From: a virus | Lineage: Duplodnaviria; Heunggongvirae; Uroviricota; Caudoviricetes | DNA: 64,000 bases | IMG/VR virus record: IMGVR_UViG_3300036768_001066 | Direction: 5' to 3' (one strand) | Shown: positions 1-8,708 of the stretch, piece by piece | How positions within the stretch are numbered: position 1 is the stretch's first letter | Layout: every line of letters starts with the position of its first letter | Made by a program: the position numbers and the translations under genes | Notes under the pieces: generated by a model | The model's database searches: none | What the model was told of the DNA's origin: nothing | The model's input: only the letters and a program-made list of their open reading frames with translations

Positions 1-19
1 CAGGGGATCTTTGCAAAAA

Positions 20-637
20 ATGCGGGCGATGAAGGTGGCGATAACCGGAGATATGGGCAGCGGCAAGAGCCACTGCGCGGCGTTATTTGCGTCTCTCGGC
101 GTCCCTGTCTTTCTGACTGACGTGGTATCCAAGAAGCTCACGGCGGAGAACCCCGCCGTGAAGCAGGAGCTGAAGGACCAGATTTCACCCGATATTTACA
201 ATGAGGACGGAACCGTAAACAGGGACGCCCTGCAGGTGATGATGTTCGAGAGCGACACACAAGACCACGTCAGGAAGATAATTGGCGATGTATTGTACTC
301 CCACGTGAAGCTGGAGTACGACAAGTTTGTCGAGGAACACGCCGATACTGCCTACACGTTGTGCGAGTCCGCCATATTGTTCGAGTGCGGGTGGTTTGAT
401 TACTTCGACTACATCATATACGTGCATGCCCCAGAGGACGTGCGTATACAGAGAGTCATAGAAAGGTCCAAGCTAACGCCAGAGCAGCAGGAGGCCCGCA
501 TGAAGAACCAGTTGAACCCGAGGCTTAAAATGCGAACTTCGGATGCTGTGATAAATAACTACAGTACGTACGATACGGTCAAGCAGGTCGATTCTATACA
601 TGACGAGCTGTCTCTCATGGCGTTGGCCCACCGGTAG
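20..637 (+). CDS. dephospho-CoA kinase-like P-loop kinase (CoaE-like)
   Basis: N-terminus MKVAITGDMGSGKSHCAALFASLGVPVFLTDVV matches the CoaE pattern (xITGxxGSGKS followed by a hydrophobic D-rich segment). Track ORF 11..637 starts at TTG; ATG at 20 or 29 is in frame. Confidence 0.45.
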   Translation: MRAMKVAITGDMGSGKSHCAALFASLGVPVFLTDVVSKKLTAENPAVKQELKDQISPDIYNEDGTVNRDALQVMMFESDTQDHVRKIIGDVLYSHVKLEYDKFVEEHADTAYTLCESAILFECGWFDYFDYIIYVHAPEDVRIQRVIERSKLTPEQQEARMKNQLNPRLKMRTSDAVINNYSTYDTVKQVDSIHDELSLMALAHR

Positions 638-670
638 CGGAACATAACGAACTATTTACGTAAAATAAAA

Positions 671-1303
671 ATGGAGTTCTCCCAATCATCTAAGTGGCCA
701 CACAGGTTCAAGACCTGGCAGCAGCACTTCTTGAACATGACTAAGCGTCGCCGCTTGATGGGGATGTATTGGTGCCGCAGGGCGGGCAAGACCTACACCG
801 CGAGCCACCTGATACTCGAGAGGATGTTGAGGACACCTTATTTTGGTGCGTGCGCGTACAACGATACGGAGCTCATAGCGATGATGAAGCAGATAATACA
901 GCGCGATGACCTTGTGCACCGGGTGGCGAGCTTCGACGATGACATGATAATAATGGACAACGGCTCGTATGTGCTCATGTCCATAGGCATAGTGAAGGCT
1001 GACCTCGTGTATGTGAATAATTTCAACATGCTCCCGGAAAGGGCGGTGCGCCAGCTCGTGGAGATGAACAAGCTCGGATCTTTGAACGAGCTTCTAATAT
1101 CTACAACGGGCGGCAGCGACAACCTTAAGATGCTGAAACACGAGCTCAACGACCTGTACATAGACTTCGTAGACTGGAGGTTCATAATTGACGACATCAA
1201 GAGGTTCTGGACGAGCGACGAGGAGTGGAAGCACGAGCTGATAAACGAGATAGGCAAGGAGCAGTTTGACAAGGACTACGAGACGAACATAGAGGACAAA
1301 TGA
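671..1303 (+). CDS. hypothetical P-loop NTPase (Walker A CRRAGKT)
   Basis: 210-aa ORF with phage-like codon usage (aag/gag/ctc/gac). Walker A-like RRAGKTYTA; no further family assignment possible. Confidence 0.45.
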   Translation: MEFSQSSKWPHRFKTWQQHFLNMTKRRRLMGMYWCRRAGKTYTASHLILERMLRTPYFGACAYNDTELIAMMKQIIQRDDLVHRVASFDDDMIIMDNGSYVLMSIGIVKADLVYVNNFNMLPERAVRQLVEMNKLGSLNELLISTTGGSDNLKMLKHELNDLYIDFVDWRFIIDDIKRFWTSDEEWKHELINEIGKEQFDKDYETNIEDK

Positions 1304-1956
1304 AGTACAAACTGAGGGACATAATCTGGGTTGACTGCAACGCAATCTTTCTGGCTGAGTTCGACAGCCAGTACGATCTCGCCATGCTGTTCCTTAGGTA
1401 CCAAGAGTACTACGAGTCTGCCAACCCCAAATTCAAGGGGAAGATGTTCACTCTGGTAGATTTTATGGAGTGGTACGCGAGCAAGCACGAAGGGGTGTTC
1501 ACGTATCCGTCGGATTGGGCCGGGTTTAACGTTCCGGATTGGGTCATCAATGATGTGTCGCATAGAATACCCGACTTCAACAAGTACGACCTCGAGATGC
1601 GCAATATTGTGTCGAGCATAAAGACAAAGTTGTCTTCGCGTCGCAAGACCTACGCTTCGAGCAATGCAGGCAAGTTCTATCTCATAGGTGCTGTAAAGGG
1701 ACAGTGGGACATCATAGACCACGAGATAGCGCACGGACTGTACTACCTCAACGAGTCATACCGCAAAGAGATGGATTCGCTCGTTAAGAAGATGCCAGGG
1801 AACGAGAAGGCCGAGATGTTTGATTACCTAAAGAAACTTGGGTATGCCAAGAAAGTGTGGAAGGACGAGACGCAAGCTTATTTGTCGACCGGAGAATACG
1901 ACTGGAAGATAGCAGACAAATTTGCGGAGGTGCTCAAAAAGTACAAACCAAGTTAA
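1300..1956 (+). CDS. hypothetical protein with HExxH motif (IDHEIAHGLYY)
   Basis: 218-aa ORF overlapping the previous stop (ATGA). Contains HEIAH, so a possible zinc metallopeptidase. Confidence 0.45.
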   Translation: MKYKLRDIIWVDCNAIFLAEFDSQYDLAMLFLRYQEYYESANPKFKGKMFTLVDFMEWYASKHEGVFTYPSDWAGFNVPDWVINDVSHRIPDFNKYDLEMRNIVSSIKTKLSSRRKTYASSNAGKFYLIGAVKGQWDIIDHEIAHGLYYLNESYRKEMDSLVKKMPGNEKAEMFDYLKKLGYAKKVWKDETQAYLSTGEYDWKIADKFAEVLKKYKPS

Positions 1957-1969
1957 ACAAAGATTTCCG

Positions 1970-2239
1970 ATGGACACGATTACCAACAGGTGTCACGAGT
2001 GCAAGTACTTTAAGTTCCACAAGAGTCCAAAGCTCGGGTGGAAGGACCGGTACGACTTTGTCAAGACGAAGCATCCGACTCTATCAGAGGATGAGATCAA
2101 GACGCTCGTTGACAACCACAGCTTGTTTGAGCAGGATCAGAGTGATTGGGGCAAATGCGGGAACAAGAATTTGCCGGAGCTTAGAGACGTTGAGTTCAAC
2201 TCCAAGACCTTCGGCTGTGTATATTTTAAAAAGAAATAA
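1970..2239 (+). CDS. small Cys-rich (zinc-ribbon-like) protein
   Basis: ATG at 1970 in frame with track ORF 1922..2239. CHECKYFKFH...CG/C pattern. Confidence 0.35.
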   Translation: MDTITNRCHECKYFKFHKSPKLGWKDRYDFVKTKHPTLSEDEIKTLVDNHSLFEQDQSDWGKCGNKNLPELRDVEFNSKTFGCVYFKKK

Positions 2240-2241
2240 TT

Positions 2242-2505
2242 ATGGATACACCAAAAGTAAAGCTAAGCGACCAGCCATGGCAACAGTGCGATTGTGGCGG
2301 GACTATATTTGTTGAGAAGATGATGTTCAAGCGAGTGTCTGGTCTGCGGACCGGGCAGCGCGAGGACCAGCACGTGCCTGTGCCTGTATTCGTTTGTTGC
2401 GCATGTAACAAAGTCCCGAGCTTCATCTACAAGTCAATACCAGGGATGCCGGAGGAGAACCAGGCGAAATCGAAGTTTAACATCGAAGGAACGGGGACAG
2501 CATGA
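2242..2505 (+). CDS. small zinc-ribbon-like protein
   Basis: 87-aa ORF with CDCGG ... CCAC cysteine pairs, tightly packed after the previous gene. Confidence 0.35.
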   Translation: MDTPKVKLSDQPWQQCDCGGTIFVEKMMFKRVSGLRTGQREDQHVPVPVFVCCACNKVPSFIYKSIPGMPEENQAKSKFNIEGTGTA

Positions 2506-2969
2506 TGTTAGAAAAGATTTACATAGACATGGACGGGGTGATGTGCGACTTCCTCGGCAGAGCTATTGAGGTCCTCGGGCAGGAACTCCCGCCGGAGGAT
2601 ACGCCAGAGCGCAAGAAGATGATTGACGACTGTCAGCTGATCAAGGGGTTCTACTACTCGCTGAAGCCGATAGACGGCGCAATTGAGGCGTACCACGCAC
2701 TGAGGAGCAAGTACCACGTCGAGATACTCACGGCCCCGAGCTGGGACAATCCACACAGTTGGGGCGAGAAGCAACAGTGGTGTGTTAAGTATCTCGGAGA
2801 CTCCGTGTATAAAAAGTTAACGCAGACACACGACAAGGGACAGTTCACCGGCAGGGCGTTGATTGACGACCGTATAAAGTACGGCGTCGACAGGTTCAAT
2901 GGTGAGCATATCCATTTTGGCACAGAGAGGTTTCCGAATTGGGACACCGTTTTAAAATATTTGTTGTAA
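2502..2969 (+). CDS. 5'(3')-deoxyribonucleotidase-like HAD hydrolase (NT5C family)
   Basis: N-terminal MMLEKIYIDMDGVMCDFLG matches the NT5C/HAD motif I (IYIDMDGVxxDF) that begins the 5'(3')-deoxyribonucleotidase family; size of about 155 aa fits. Confidence 0.55.
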   Translation: MMLEKIYIDMDGVMCDFLGRAIEVLGQELPPEDTPERKKMIDDCQLIKGFYYSLKPIDGAIEAYHALRSKYHVEILTAPSWDNPHSWGEKQQWCVKYLGDSVYKKLTQTHDKGQFTGRALIDDRIKYGVDRFNGEHIHFGTERFPNWDTVLKYLL

Positions 2970-2979
2970 ATTTAGTAAC

Positions 2980-3495
2980 ATGAAAGCAGCATACTACTCA
3001 ATTGAAGAATTGAAGAACACGCTCGCAGTGACTATAGGTCCAGGTGAGCTGATGGACACAATTATAGCGGACCTCGAGAGGAAGGACACCATACGCGAGG
3101 GAACCATATCGGTTTACGTGCCGATGGGCGACGTTGTGCACCACTACCACGACCAGACCGGCAAGACCAACGAAGAGGTTCCCGCGGGAGAGCTGCTACG
3201 AATAATAAAGCCGAGCACGGGCGGACTGTGCCATGCTAAGGCGGCCAACGGCTCCGACGTGTATGCAAACCTGCAGCACTTCACCAAGGCTAATCACAAG
3301 CAGGAGAAGGAGTACCTGTACGCCATGATAAGCTCTCTTAGGAGCTTGTGCTCGCCGATAATAAACTACTTCGCGCTGACCGAGTTCTATGAGACCATAA
3401 AAGATGCCGACACCAAACAGCAGATGGCGGACATACTCGATAAGGAAGAGCTTGTGGCTAAGGCTATGGCCAAGAAGATTAAGAAGCTGTTCTGA
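2980..3495 (+). CDS. hypothetical protein
   Basis: 171-aa ORF with consistent codon usage. Confidence 0.5.
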   Translation: MKAAYYSIEELKNTLAVTIGPGELMDTIIADLERKDTIREGTISVYVPMGDVVHHYHDQTGKTNEEVPAGELLRIIKPSTGGLCHAKAANGSDVYANLQHFTKANHKQEKEYLYAMISSLRSLCSPIINYFALTEFYETIKDADTKQQMADILDKEELVAKAMAKKIKKLF

Positions 3496-3574
3496 TGGCC
3501 AAGATACTGTTGTACGAGTACCCGGGATTCAAGAACATGGACGATGTTGGTAAGCATGTCAAGGCCGGTGTCAC

Positions 3575-3612
3575 TAAAACATCATTGAAACGCTAAAACA
3601 TCATTGAAACGC
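3575..3612. repeat. perfect 19-bp tandem direct repeat x2 (taaaacatcattgaaacgc)
   Basis: Copy 1 at 3575-3593 and copy 2 at 3594-3612 are identical. Confidence 0.9.
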
Positions 3613-3646
3613 AGCCCAAACAGTAAGCTGTTAGAAACTTTATTGG

Positions 3647-3681
3647 AAAGGCCTGGTTATCAATAAGATAACCAGGCCTTT
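3647..3681 (+). terminator. perfect 15-bp inverted repeat hairpin (aaaggcctggttatc / aataa / gataaccaggccttt)
   Basis: Perfect 15-bp stem with 5-nt loop downstream of the 2980..3495 gene. Only a weak T tract follows, so it may be a terminator or a protein-binding palindrome. Confidence 0.5.
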
Positions 3682-3794
3682 ATGCGTCCCAAGGGTGCAG
3701 AGCATGTGTGCGTACAATATTGTCCGGAGTGGACTCCCGTTCGCAACGACAGCATGTTCGTTTACGGAACCAAAAAATTTAGAATAAAGAATTT

Positions 3795-4111
3795 ATGAAT
3801 AAAACATACGAGCTGCACGAGCTCGGGTGCTATTTGGCAACTATACATCCGGTACCCGGTCGACGCCCTGCTGCGCGCTCGTCGAGATGCACCACACCAA
3901 GAAGGACGTGGCAGTGTTCGACGGCGTCCCATAAAGCTCGGGTCCGACCGCTACAAGTTCGAGCTGAAGAGGGCAAGTTCTTCGCCAAGGAGCGGGGGCT
4001 TACGAAGAAGGAAAGGATCATATCAAGCCGAGGATACTCAGCGGTCCGGACCACATAGATAACTATCAGCCTATGTGTCAGGTTTGTAACTCAGAAAAAG
4101 GAAGTCAGTAA
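3795..4111 (+). pseudogene. HNH endonuclease remnant (frame-disrupted)
   Basis: The frame ending at TAA 4109-4111 encodes ...EEGKDHIKPRILSGPDHIDNYQPMCQVCNSEKGSQ. This is the classic HNH C-terminal motif (DHIxP...GG/D...N..Q..C..CN..KG), but that frame opens only at 3968 after an in-frame TGA and has no upstream CxxC or start. Upstream coding-like sequence sits in the other two frames (track ORF 3795..4058). Confidence 0.35.
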
Positions 4112-4158
4112 ATATGAAACTTATATGAAACTTGGACTCCGACACACTAAAGATGAGT

Positions 4159-4890
4159 TTATGCTGCGAGGTCTTTCTCCTCGATGAGCGTATACGTGAA
4201 TTTGTTGCCCTTCGTCACCCTGAACTTGTCGCAGATGCCGAGGAACTCCTCCTTGTGAAACCAGTTCTGGAATACCTGGCACCCTGCGCTCCACTTCCCG
4301 ATGTTGTAAGAGATCATCCCCTTGTTGGCCCCGTGGATATTGATGCCGAACAGTCCGGTCTCCGTAGTGGCCGACGCCTCTGCGACGCCGTCCTTGTCCC
4401 CGTCGCGGTAAACCGTGACCTTCCCAACCTGCACGAGAGCCCTGTGCTCCGGCTTGTTCTGGTGGAATCCAATGGCGTGGCTGTTCACGTACTGTCCCGG
4501 CTTGAGCACGGCCGTGCCGAGCTTGCTCATCGGGTTGTTAAGCCAGTATATTCCCGGGTCCGTCGTTATGACGTACGATTTCATTCTCATCTTACCCGCC
4601 ACGAGCAGGTACTGTTCCATCGCATACTGCGACTTCGGTCCGAAGTCCCCGTCCACCTTCAGCGGCTTGAGGTCGCTGCCGACGAACAGGTTAATGTTCA
4701 GCCAGTTCTGTTTTTCCGCAGGAGTCAATCCATCGGGCATGACCTCCTGGCGCCACACGGTGCACATAAGGTCGTTGAACACGTCCGCCACCTGTAGAGT
4801 GGTCCTCACGCCGACGAGGTTGATCTGCGGGTCCCACGTGTATGATTTGGCCTGGAAAACCTTCTGGATTGCTGGTATGTCTATTTTCAT
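4159..4890 (-). CDS. putative peptidoglycan hydrolase / endolysin (PG-binding-like segment plus YkuD-like H...G.SxGC catalytic motif)
   Basis: 243-aa minus-strand ORF. LKVDGDFGPKSQYAMEQY resembles the PG_binding_1 core (DG.FG..T..A). INIHGAN...WSAGCQVF resembles the L,D-transpeptidase-fold His/Cys catalytic motif. The overlapping plus-strand ORF 4132..4797 is Arg-rich junk. Confidence 0.55.
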   Translation of the reverse strand: MKIDIPAIQKVFQAKSYTWDPQINLVGVRTTLQVADVFNDLMCTVWRQEVMPDGLTPAEKQNWLNINLFVGSDLKPLKVDGDFGPKSQYAMEQYLLVAGKMRMKSYVITTDPGIYWLNNPMSKLGTAVLKPGQYVNSHAIGFHQNKPEHRALVQVGKVTVYRDGDKDGVAEASATTETGLFGINIHGANKGMISYNIGKWSAGCQVFQNWFHKEEFLGICDKFRVTKGNKFTYTLIEEKDLAA

Positions 4891-5148
4891 GTAATTTGGT
4901 GTTGTTTTGGTATATATCCCCAGGACCCGCTGGAAAAATTTATGGGGGCCTTCGTCGGACGTATCAGAAAAAGTTCTTTATTTGCAGTACAATTACGAAA
5001 CAAAAAGATATATAGAATATAACAAGCAATGAAAACTAACTCGACATACCTGTTTATGCTTACTGCTGCGGATTGCGCGGAAGAGGATAACATTGGGCTT
5101 GTTGAGCTAACGATGCGATAAGATATTTTATTCACGCGATACTTAACA

Positions 5149-5177
5149 AGCCCTGAAGAAATTCAGGGCTTTTTTAT
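5149..5177 (+). terminator. rho-independent terminator (agccctgaa-gaaa-ttcagggct plus T7)
   Basis: 9-bp perfect stem, GAAA tetraloop, followed by tttttattta, immediately upstream of the tRNA cluster. Confidence 0.7.
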
Positions 5178-5181
5178 TTAT

Positions 5182-5258
5182 GGTCTATGGGGCTGCAGGG
5201 TGTGGCCGCCCGCCTGTCACGCGGGAGATTCAGGTCGGTTCGATCCCGACATAGACCG
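5182..5258 (+). tRNA. tRNA-Asp (anticodon GTC)
   Basis: Hand-folded cloverleaf: acceptor ggtctat/atagacc, anticodon stem cccgc/gcggg with loop cTGTCac, T arm gtcgg-ttcgatc-ccgac, discriminator G. The 8-nt variable region is slightly unusual. Confidence 0.65.
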
Positions 5259-5383
5259 CAACACTCGAGGCCGATGGCCGACGGAGGCAAGGCACTGTAG
5301 GGAATACGGTCCGAGGTGGGAGTCCTCGATACTGGCGCAGTAGGAAATGACTGTTGTCCGAATCCCGCCAGAGAGTGTTAATT

Positions 5384-5452
5384 GGTGGCGCCTGATGGCA
5401 AGGTCCGGGACTGTCTCTCTCGGGATAGCGAGTTCGATCCCCGTCGCTACCG
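5384..5452 (+). tRNA. degenerate tRNA-like element (pseudo-tRNA, Asp-like GTC loop)
   Basis: Acceptor ggtggcg/cgctacc (one G-U), T arm gcgag-ttcgatc-cccgt with an A-C mismatch, anticodon-like hairpin cggga-ctgtctc-tctcg with pyrimidine at position 37, truncated D region; only 69 nt. Confidence 0.3.
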
Positions 5453-5592
5453 CCGAGTTTGTTCTTTGATATTGGTAGTGTAAAAGTGGGGCCTGAGGTA
5501 AGGCGTGCCGAGATTAGACAACTCGCGCATAGGACTATCCTCTTAGTGGAGCCACCGGGTCCTTGCTTTGCTGGATGTGCCGCGACCATTTT

Positions 5593-5666
5593 GGGGCCTT
5601 AGCTTAGATGGCTAAAGCGTTTGCCTGGCAGGCAAGAGATCACGGGTTCGAGTCCCATAGGCTCCA
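5593..5666 (+). tRNA. tRNA-Ala (anticodon GGC)
   Basis: Acceptor ggggcct/aggctcc with a G3:U70 pair (Ala identity element), D stem gctt/aagc, anticodon stem tttgc/gcaag with loop cTGGCag, T loop ttcgagt, discriminator A. Confidence 0.65.
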
Positions 5667-5689
5667 CATATTACAAGAACGACTAAAAT

Positions 5690-5768
5690 GCACCTGTGGC
5701 TGAGAGGCCCAAAGCAACGGTCTGCAAAACCGTACATAAGACCGCCGGTTCGAATCCGGCCAGGTGCT
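5690..5768 (+). tRNA. tRNA-like, best fold gives anticodon GCA (Cys) with an atypical 10-nt variable region
   Basis: Acceptor gcacctg/caggtgc perfect, anticodon stem acggt/accgt with loop cTGCAaa, T arm gccgg-ttcgaat-ccggc perfect. 10 unpaired nt (acataagacc) between the anticodon and T arms is non-canonical. Confidence 0.5.
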
Positions 5769-5779
5769 CAAGAAGGCAT

Positions 5780-5863
5780 GCTCCTGTCGCCTATTTGGTA
5801 GGGCACCAGACTTTCAATCTGGAGGCTACAAGCCGTGAGCGGGTTCGATCCCCGTCGGGAGTA
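5780..5863 (+). tRNA. tRNA with anticodon TTC (Glu) carrying a 16-nt class-II-like variable arm
   Basis: Acceptor gctcctg/cgggagt (two G-U), D stem gcct/gggc, anticodon stem ccaga/tctgg with loop cTTTCaa, variable arm aggctacaagccgtga (ggc-tacaa-gcc mini-hairpin), T arm gcggg-ttcgatc-cccgt, discriminator A. Same acceptor and T arm as the CTC copy downstream. Confidence 0.55.
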
Positions 5864-5911
5864 CTACAAAAACGCTATATTAGCGCGCCGCGGTGAAAGA
5901 CGCAGATAAAT

Positions 5912-5985
<74 letters not shown>

Positions 5986-6116
5986 CTAAACGAGAGCGCG
6001 CGCTGGAAAGTGTTGGACAAAGAGGGATCTGATTGTCCGGGAAACCCGTCTGGCTGCCCATCAGGACCGAGTGTTCGGATGATTCCTTCCACCTCTCCAA
6101 GGCTCTCGTTTTTCAT

Positions 6117-6190
6117 GGGGCGGTGGTCCAACTGGCTGGTCACCTGCCTTTGCAAGCAGGCTTATGAGGGTTCGAGTCCCTTCTGCTCCA
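6117..6190 (+). tRNA. tRNA-Ala-like (TGC-containing) with an 8-nt anticodon loop
   Basis: Acceptor ggggcgg/ctgctcc including G3:U70, anticodon stem cctgc/gcagg (identical to E. coli tRNA-Ala UGC) enclosing CTTTGCAA (8 nt rather than 7), T arm gaggg-ttcgagt-ccctt, discriminator A. Confidence 0.5.
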
Positions 6191-6417
6191 CTTTCTAAAT
6201 TTGGCCGCGTGTTTTCGGATCTGTCCGAGGGACATGAAGCAGGCTTTCATGAAAGCCTTCAAGAAAGTCTTTACCGATGCGAAACTCATCTGGGGTTCGG
6301 TAATCAGGAGAAGATATACAACTACAAGGAGGGATATGTCGAGCACCCGGTTACATGCGAGTCTCGCGGATGGGATTGCGTGGATCCGAAAAGCGCCAAG
6401 ATACTCGAGGCGTGCGG

Positions 6418-6684
6418 ATGAGCCCGCTCAGCTACCTCAATTACAGCTATGATTTCGAGAACGAGTTGATCACCGGCAAATTCGACGCAGCGTTCAAGAA
6501 GTTCAAAGAGACCTGCGTGAAGGAGGGTCTGAACGAGGACCTCCTAAAACTACTACTGGCCGGCTGGAAGAAATCCAAGTACAAAGAGTCTCACAAGGAC
6601 ACCCAGAATTGGGGACTCGGCAGCCAAGCCGTGACCTACATCACTAAAAAAATTCGATTCCTCAGATCTCGACCTCGCGCTTAA
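6418..6684 (+). CDS. small hypothetical protein
   Basis: ATG at 6418 in frame with track ORF 6355..6684. MSPLSYLNYSYDFENELITGKFDAAFKKFKETCVKEGL... looks protein-like. Ambiguous short frames lie upstream (6201-6420). Confidence 0.3.
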   Translation: MSPLSYLNYSYDFENELITGKFDAAFKKFKETCVKEGLNEDLLKLLLAGWKKSKYKESHKDTQNWGLGSQAVTYITKKIRFLRSRPRA

Positions 6685-6814
6685 AATGCCGCGCGAGAAG
6701 GTGGAGGAGACATCAAAAAACACTACATGTTCAAGAAGTATCCATAAAGTTCGATTGGGACGGCAGCGTTATGTACGTCAACGGAGAATTTTGGGAATAC
6801 TGGGATTAACCTCC

Positions 6815-6830
6815 GAATATATAAAGAAAC
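6815..6830 (+). promoter_or_regulatory. recurrent upstream motif gaATATATAAagaaac (putative phage promoter element)
   Basis: One of about 14 instances of GATATATAAG(A)AAA found 15-45 nt upstream of start codons; here 17 nt before ATG 6847. Confidence 0.4.
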
Positions 6831-6846
6831 AAATTATCATCATACA

Positions 6847-7632
6847 ATGAAGAGGAGAACAATGCTATTTGAGCAGTTCAACACGGCGAGCGCATTTGAA
6901 GCCCTGTGTGAATCTGTAACAGGCGACATCAAGGACATTCAGGGCGAAGTCAAGGACGTCATGGACGAGCTCGGCAAGGAAGGCGCTAAGGACGACGAGC
7001 TCAAGGCCGCAATCCTTTTGCAGGCTATTGAGAATGACGGGGACCTCGAGGAGATAGATCCAGAACAGCTTAAGAAGGACGTGAAGGAGGGTATGACCAT
7101 CAGGGACCAACCTATTAACGAGAACGCAGGTGGCATCATACATGTAGTGGAGGTCGCTGGTAACTTGCTCGGCAATTCTGCGTTTCTCGAATTCTTGTTC
7201 AAGAAGCTCGAGAAGCTGACCGGTAAGCCGGTCGACGGCGAGAAGGTCAAGGACACCATGAACAAGATCTTCGGAGCATTGAAGAAAGTAACGGGACTGC
7301 CCGGCAAGGCCATTGGTAAATTTTTCTCATGGGTTGCCAAGAAGCTCGGCGCCAATGAAACCGGACAGAAGACGTCGGCACTTCTCGGAATGGGTGCTCT
7401 CGTAATATTCCTGTTCACACTCGGCATTATACACTTCCCGGTTCTGGGTTCTGGAATACTTTGGTGGGTTCTTTCGTTGACCGGCCTTGTTGGCAAGTCG
7501 GCCGAGCTCGCGCACATCTACAAAGAAGTGAATGAGCTCATCAAGAGCGCGGCCAACAAGAAGGCCGAGGCCGAGAAGGAAGTCGGCATGGATGCGGAGG
7601 AGATGGAGAAGCTCGCGCAAGCAGCGGCCTAA
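6847..7632 (+). CDS. membrane protein (several TM helices), hypothetical
   Basis: 261-aa ORF. Acidic coiled N-terminal half, hydrophobic segments ALLGMGALVIFLFTLGIIHFPVLGSGILWWVLSLTGLV. Confidence 0.6.
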   Translation: MKRRTMLFEQFNTASAFEALCESVTGDIKDIQGEVKDVMDELGKEGAKDDELKAAILLQAIENDGDLEEIDPEQLKKDVKEGMTIRDQPINENAGGIIHVVEVAGNLLGNSAFLEFLFKKLEKLTGKPVDGEKVKDTMNKIFGALKKVTGLPGKAIGKFFSWVAKKLGANETGQKTSALLGMGALVIFLFTLGIIHFPVLGSGILWWVLSLTGLVGKSAELAHIYKEVNELIKSAANKKAEAEKEVGMDAEEMEKLAQAAA

Positions 7633-7653
7633 AGATAAATCTTATATTCGAAA

Positions 7654-7682
7654 GTTCCGGAGAAATCCGGAACTTTTTTTTC
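7654..7682 (+). terminator. rho-independent terminator (gttccgga-gaaa-tccggaac plus T9)
   Basis: 8-bp perfect stem, GAAA loop, nine consecutive T; directly after stop of 6847..7632. Confidence 0.8.
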
Positions 7683-7711
7683 TGCGCGGTATAATAAGTA
7701 AATTTTACAAT

Positions 7712-8443
7712 ATGAATACGCAAGACAAGATGTCGTCGTTCTTTGACTTCGGGGTGTTTAATTACGTGCCCAGTGACAAGAGCAGCATAATGCACCTGAA
7801 ATTCAACGAGGCGCCGGCCAAGTCCGCACCGCCGGATCACGAGTTGCGGGGCGTTACTGAGGTCCACCTATCCACAGCGGTCAAAGACATAGAGACCATA
7901 TCGGAGAACATAAAGATTGCTGGCGATCCAATGGCAGATGTTGCCGAGCACGTCATCGACAAAGCGTTTGACAGGCTATTGGAGATCTCGGCAGAAAACG
8001 GGAAGCTCGTCAACGACAGGTTTCCTACCGGCATAAACCTGAAGCTCGACGGTAACGCGCACCGCAAGATATTCGCCCGCATACTCGCGGTCTCCAATAT
8101 GATCGCGGTAATGGGCAGGAGGGGGCCGGCAAACTTCGCGCTCGTCAGCGAATCCACATACAAACGTCTGTTCTTCCCGGATGGAGAGACCAAGAACAAG
8201 TTCTACCAGCCGGACCCGAACGCAGGCGGCCTTAAGTTTTTCATCAGCCCGGTTGGCAATCGTGTAATCGTGGGTCGCAAGGGGTCAATGGAGGAGAACG
8301 GCATATTCATAAAATGCGATACTCCGGAGGTCGAGGATTACAAGATCGACGAGAGTCATGACATCGAGAGCGTGGATGTAAAGTACTCGATCACGGAGAT
8401 TGGAGACTTTCTTCCGTACATCTCGTTTGACATTGTCGAATAA
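7712..8443 (+). CDS. hypothetical protein (possible virion protein)
   Basis: ATG at 7712 in frame with track ORF 7532..8443, which overlaps the upstream gene and terminator. 243 aa. Confidence 0.55.
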   Translation: MNTQDKMSSFFDFGVFNYVPSDKSSIMHLKFNEAPAKSAPPDHELRGVTEVHLSTAVKDIETISENIKIAGDPMADVAEHVIDKAFDRLLEISAENGKLVNDRFPTGINLKLDGNAHRKIFARILAVSNMIAVMGRRGPANFALVSESTYKRLFFPDGETKNKFYQPDPNAGGLKFFISPVGNRVIVGRKGSMEENGIFIKCDTPEVEDYKIDESHDIESVDVKYSITEIGDFLPYISFDIVE

Positions 8444-8708
8444 AACGGCTATATTTATATTTATAGAAGGCCGGTCGTACGCGGCGGGCTGTTGCACGCT
8501 GAGGAAATTCGCGTCATCTCTGCTTAGGAGGAGTGGGAGGCAGCAATGCCGGTATAGTACCACCGTAAGTGAAAGTCCTTCCGAGATGCAACCCAAACAG
8601 ACTTAGGCGGTGAGCAGGTCGATGATGGTCGGGTTGGGGCATAGTCAAATGTACGGCGCCTCGCAAGAGGAACAGAAACGCGATTATAGGCCTTCTTATT
8701 TTTAAAAC

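Noticed and set aside
671-1303. Terminase large subunit (from Walker A ...CRRAGKT preceded by W/Q/F residues)
   Set aside because: Only 210 aa with no nuclease domain. The adjacent ORF has an HExxH motif rather than the terminase RNase-H-like nuclease. Left as a generic P-loop NTPase.
5453-5592. Possible tmRNA or additional tRNA in the spacers of the tRNA cluster (GGGGCCTGAGG... at 5494; ...GGAGCCACC at 5555)
   Set aside because: No T-loop, no resume codon or tag reading frame, and the piece is far too short for tmRNA (about 350 nt). It looks like a partial duplication of the tRNA-Ala 5' end. The other two spacers contain only imperfect hairpins.
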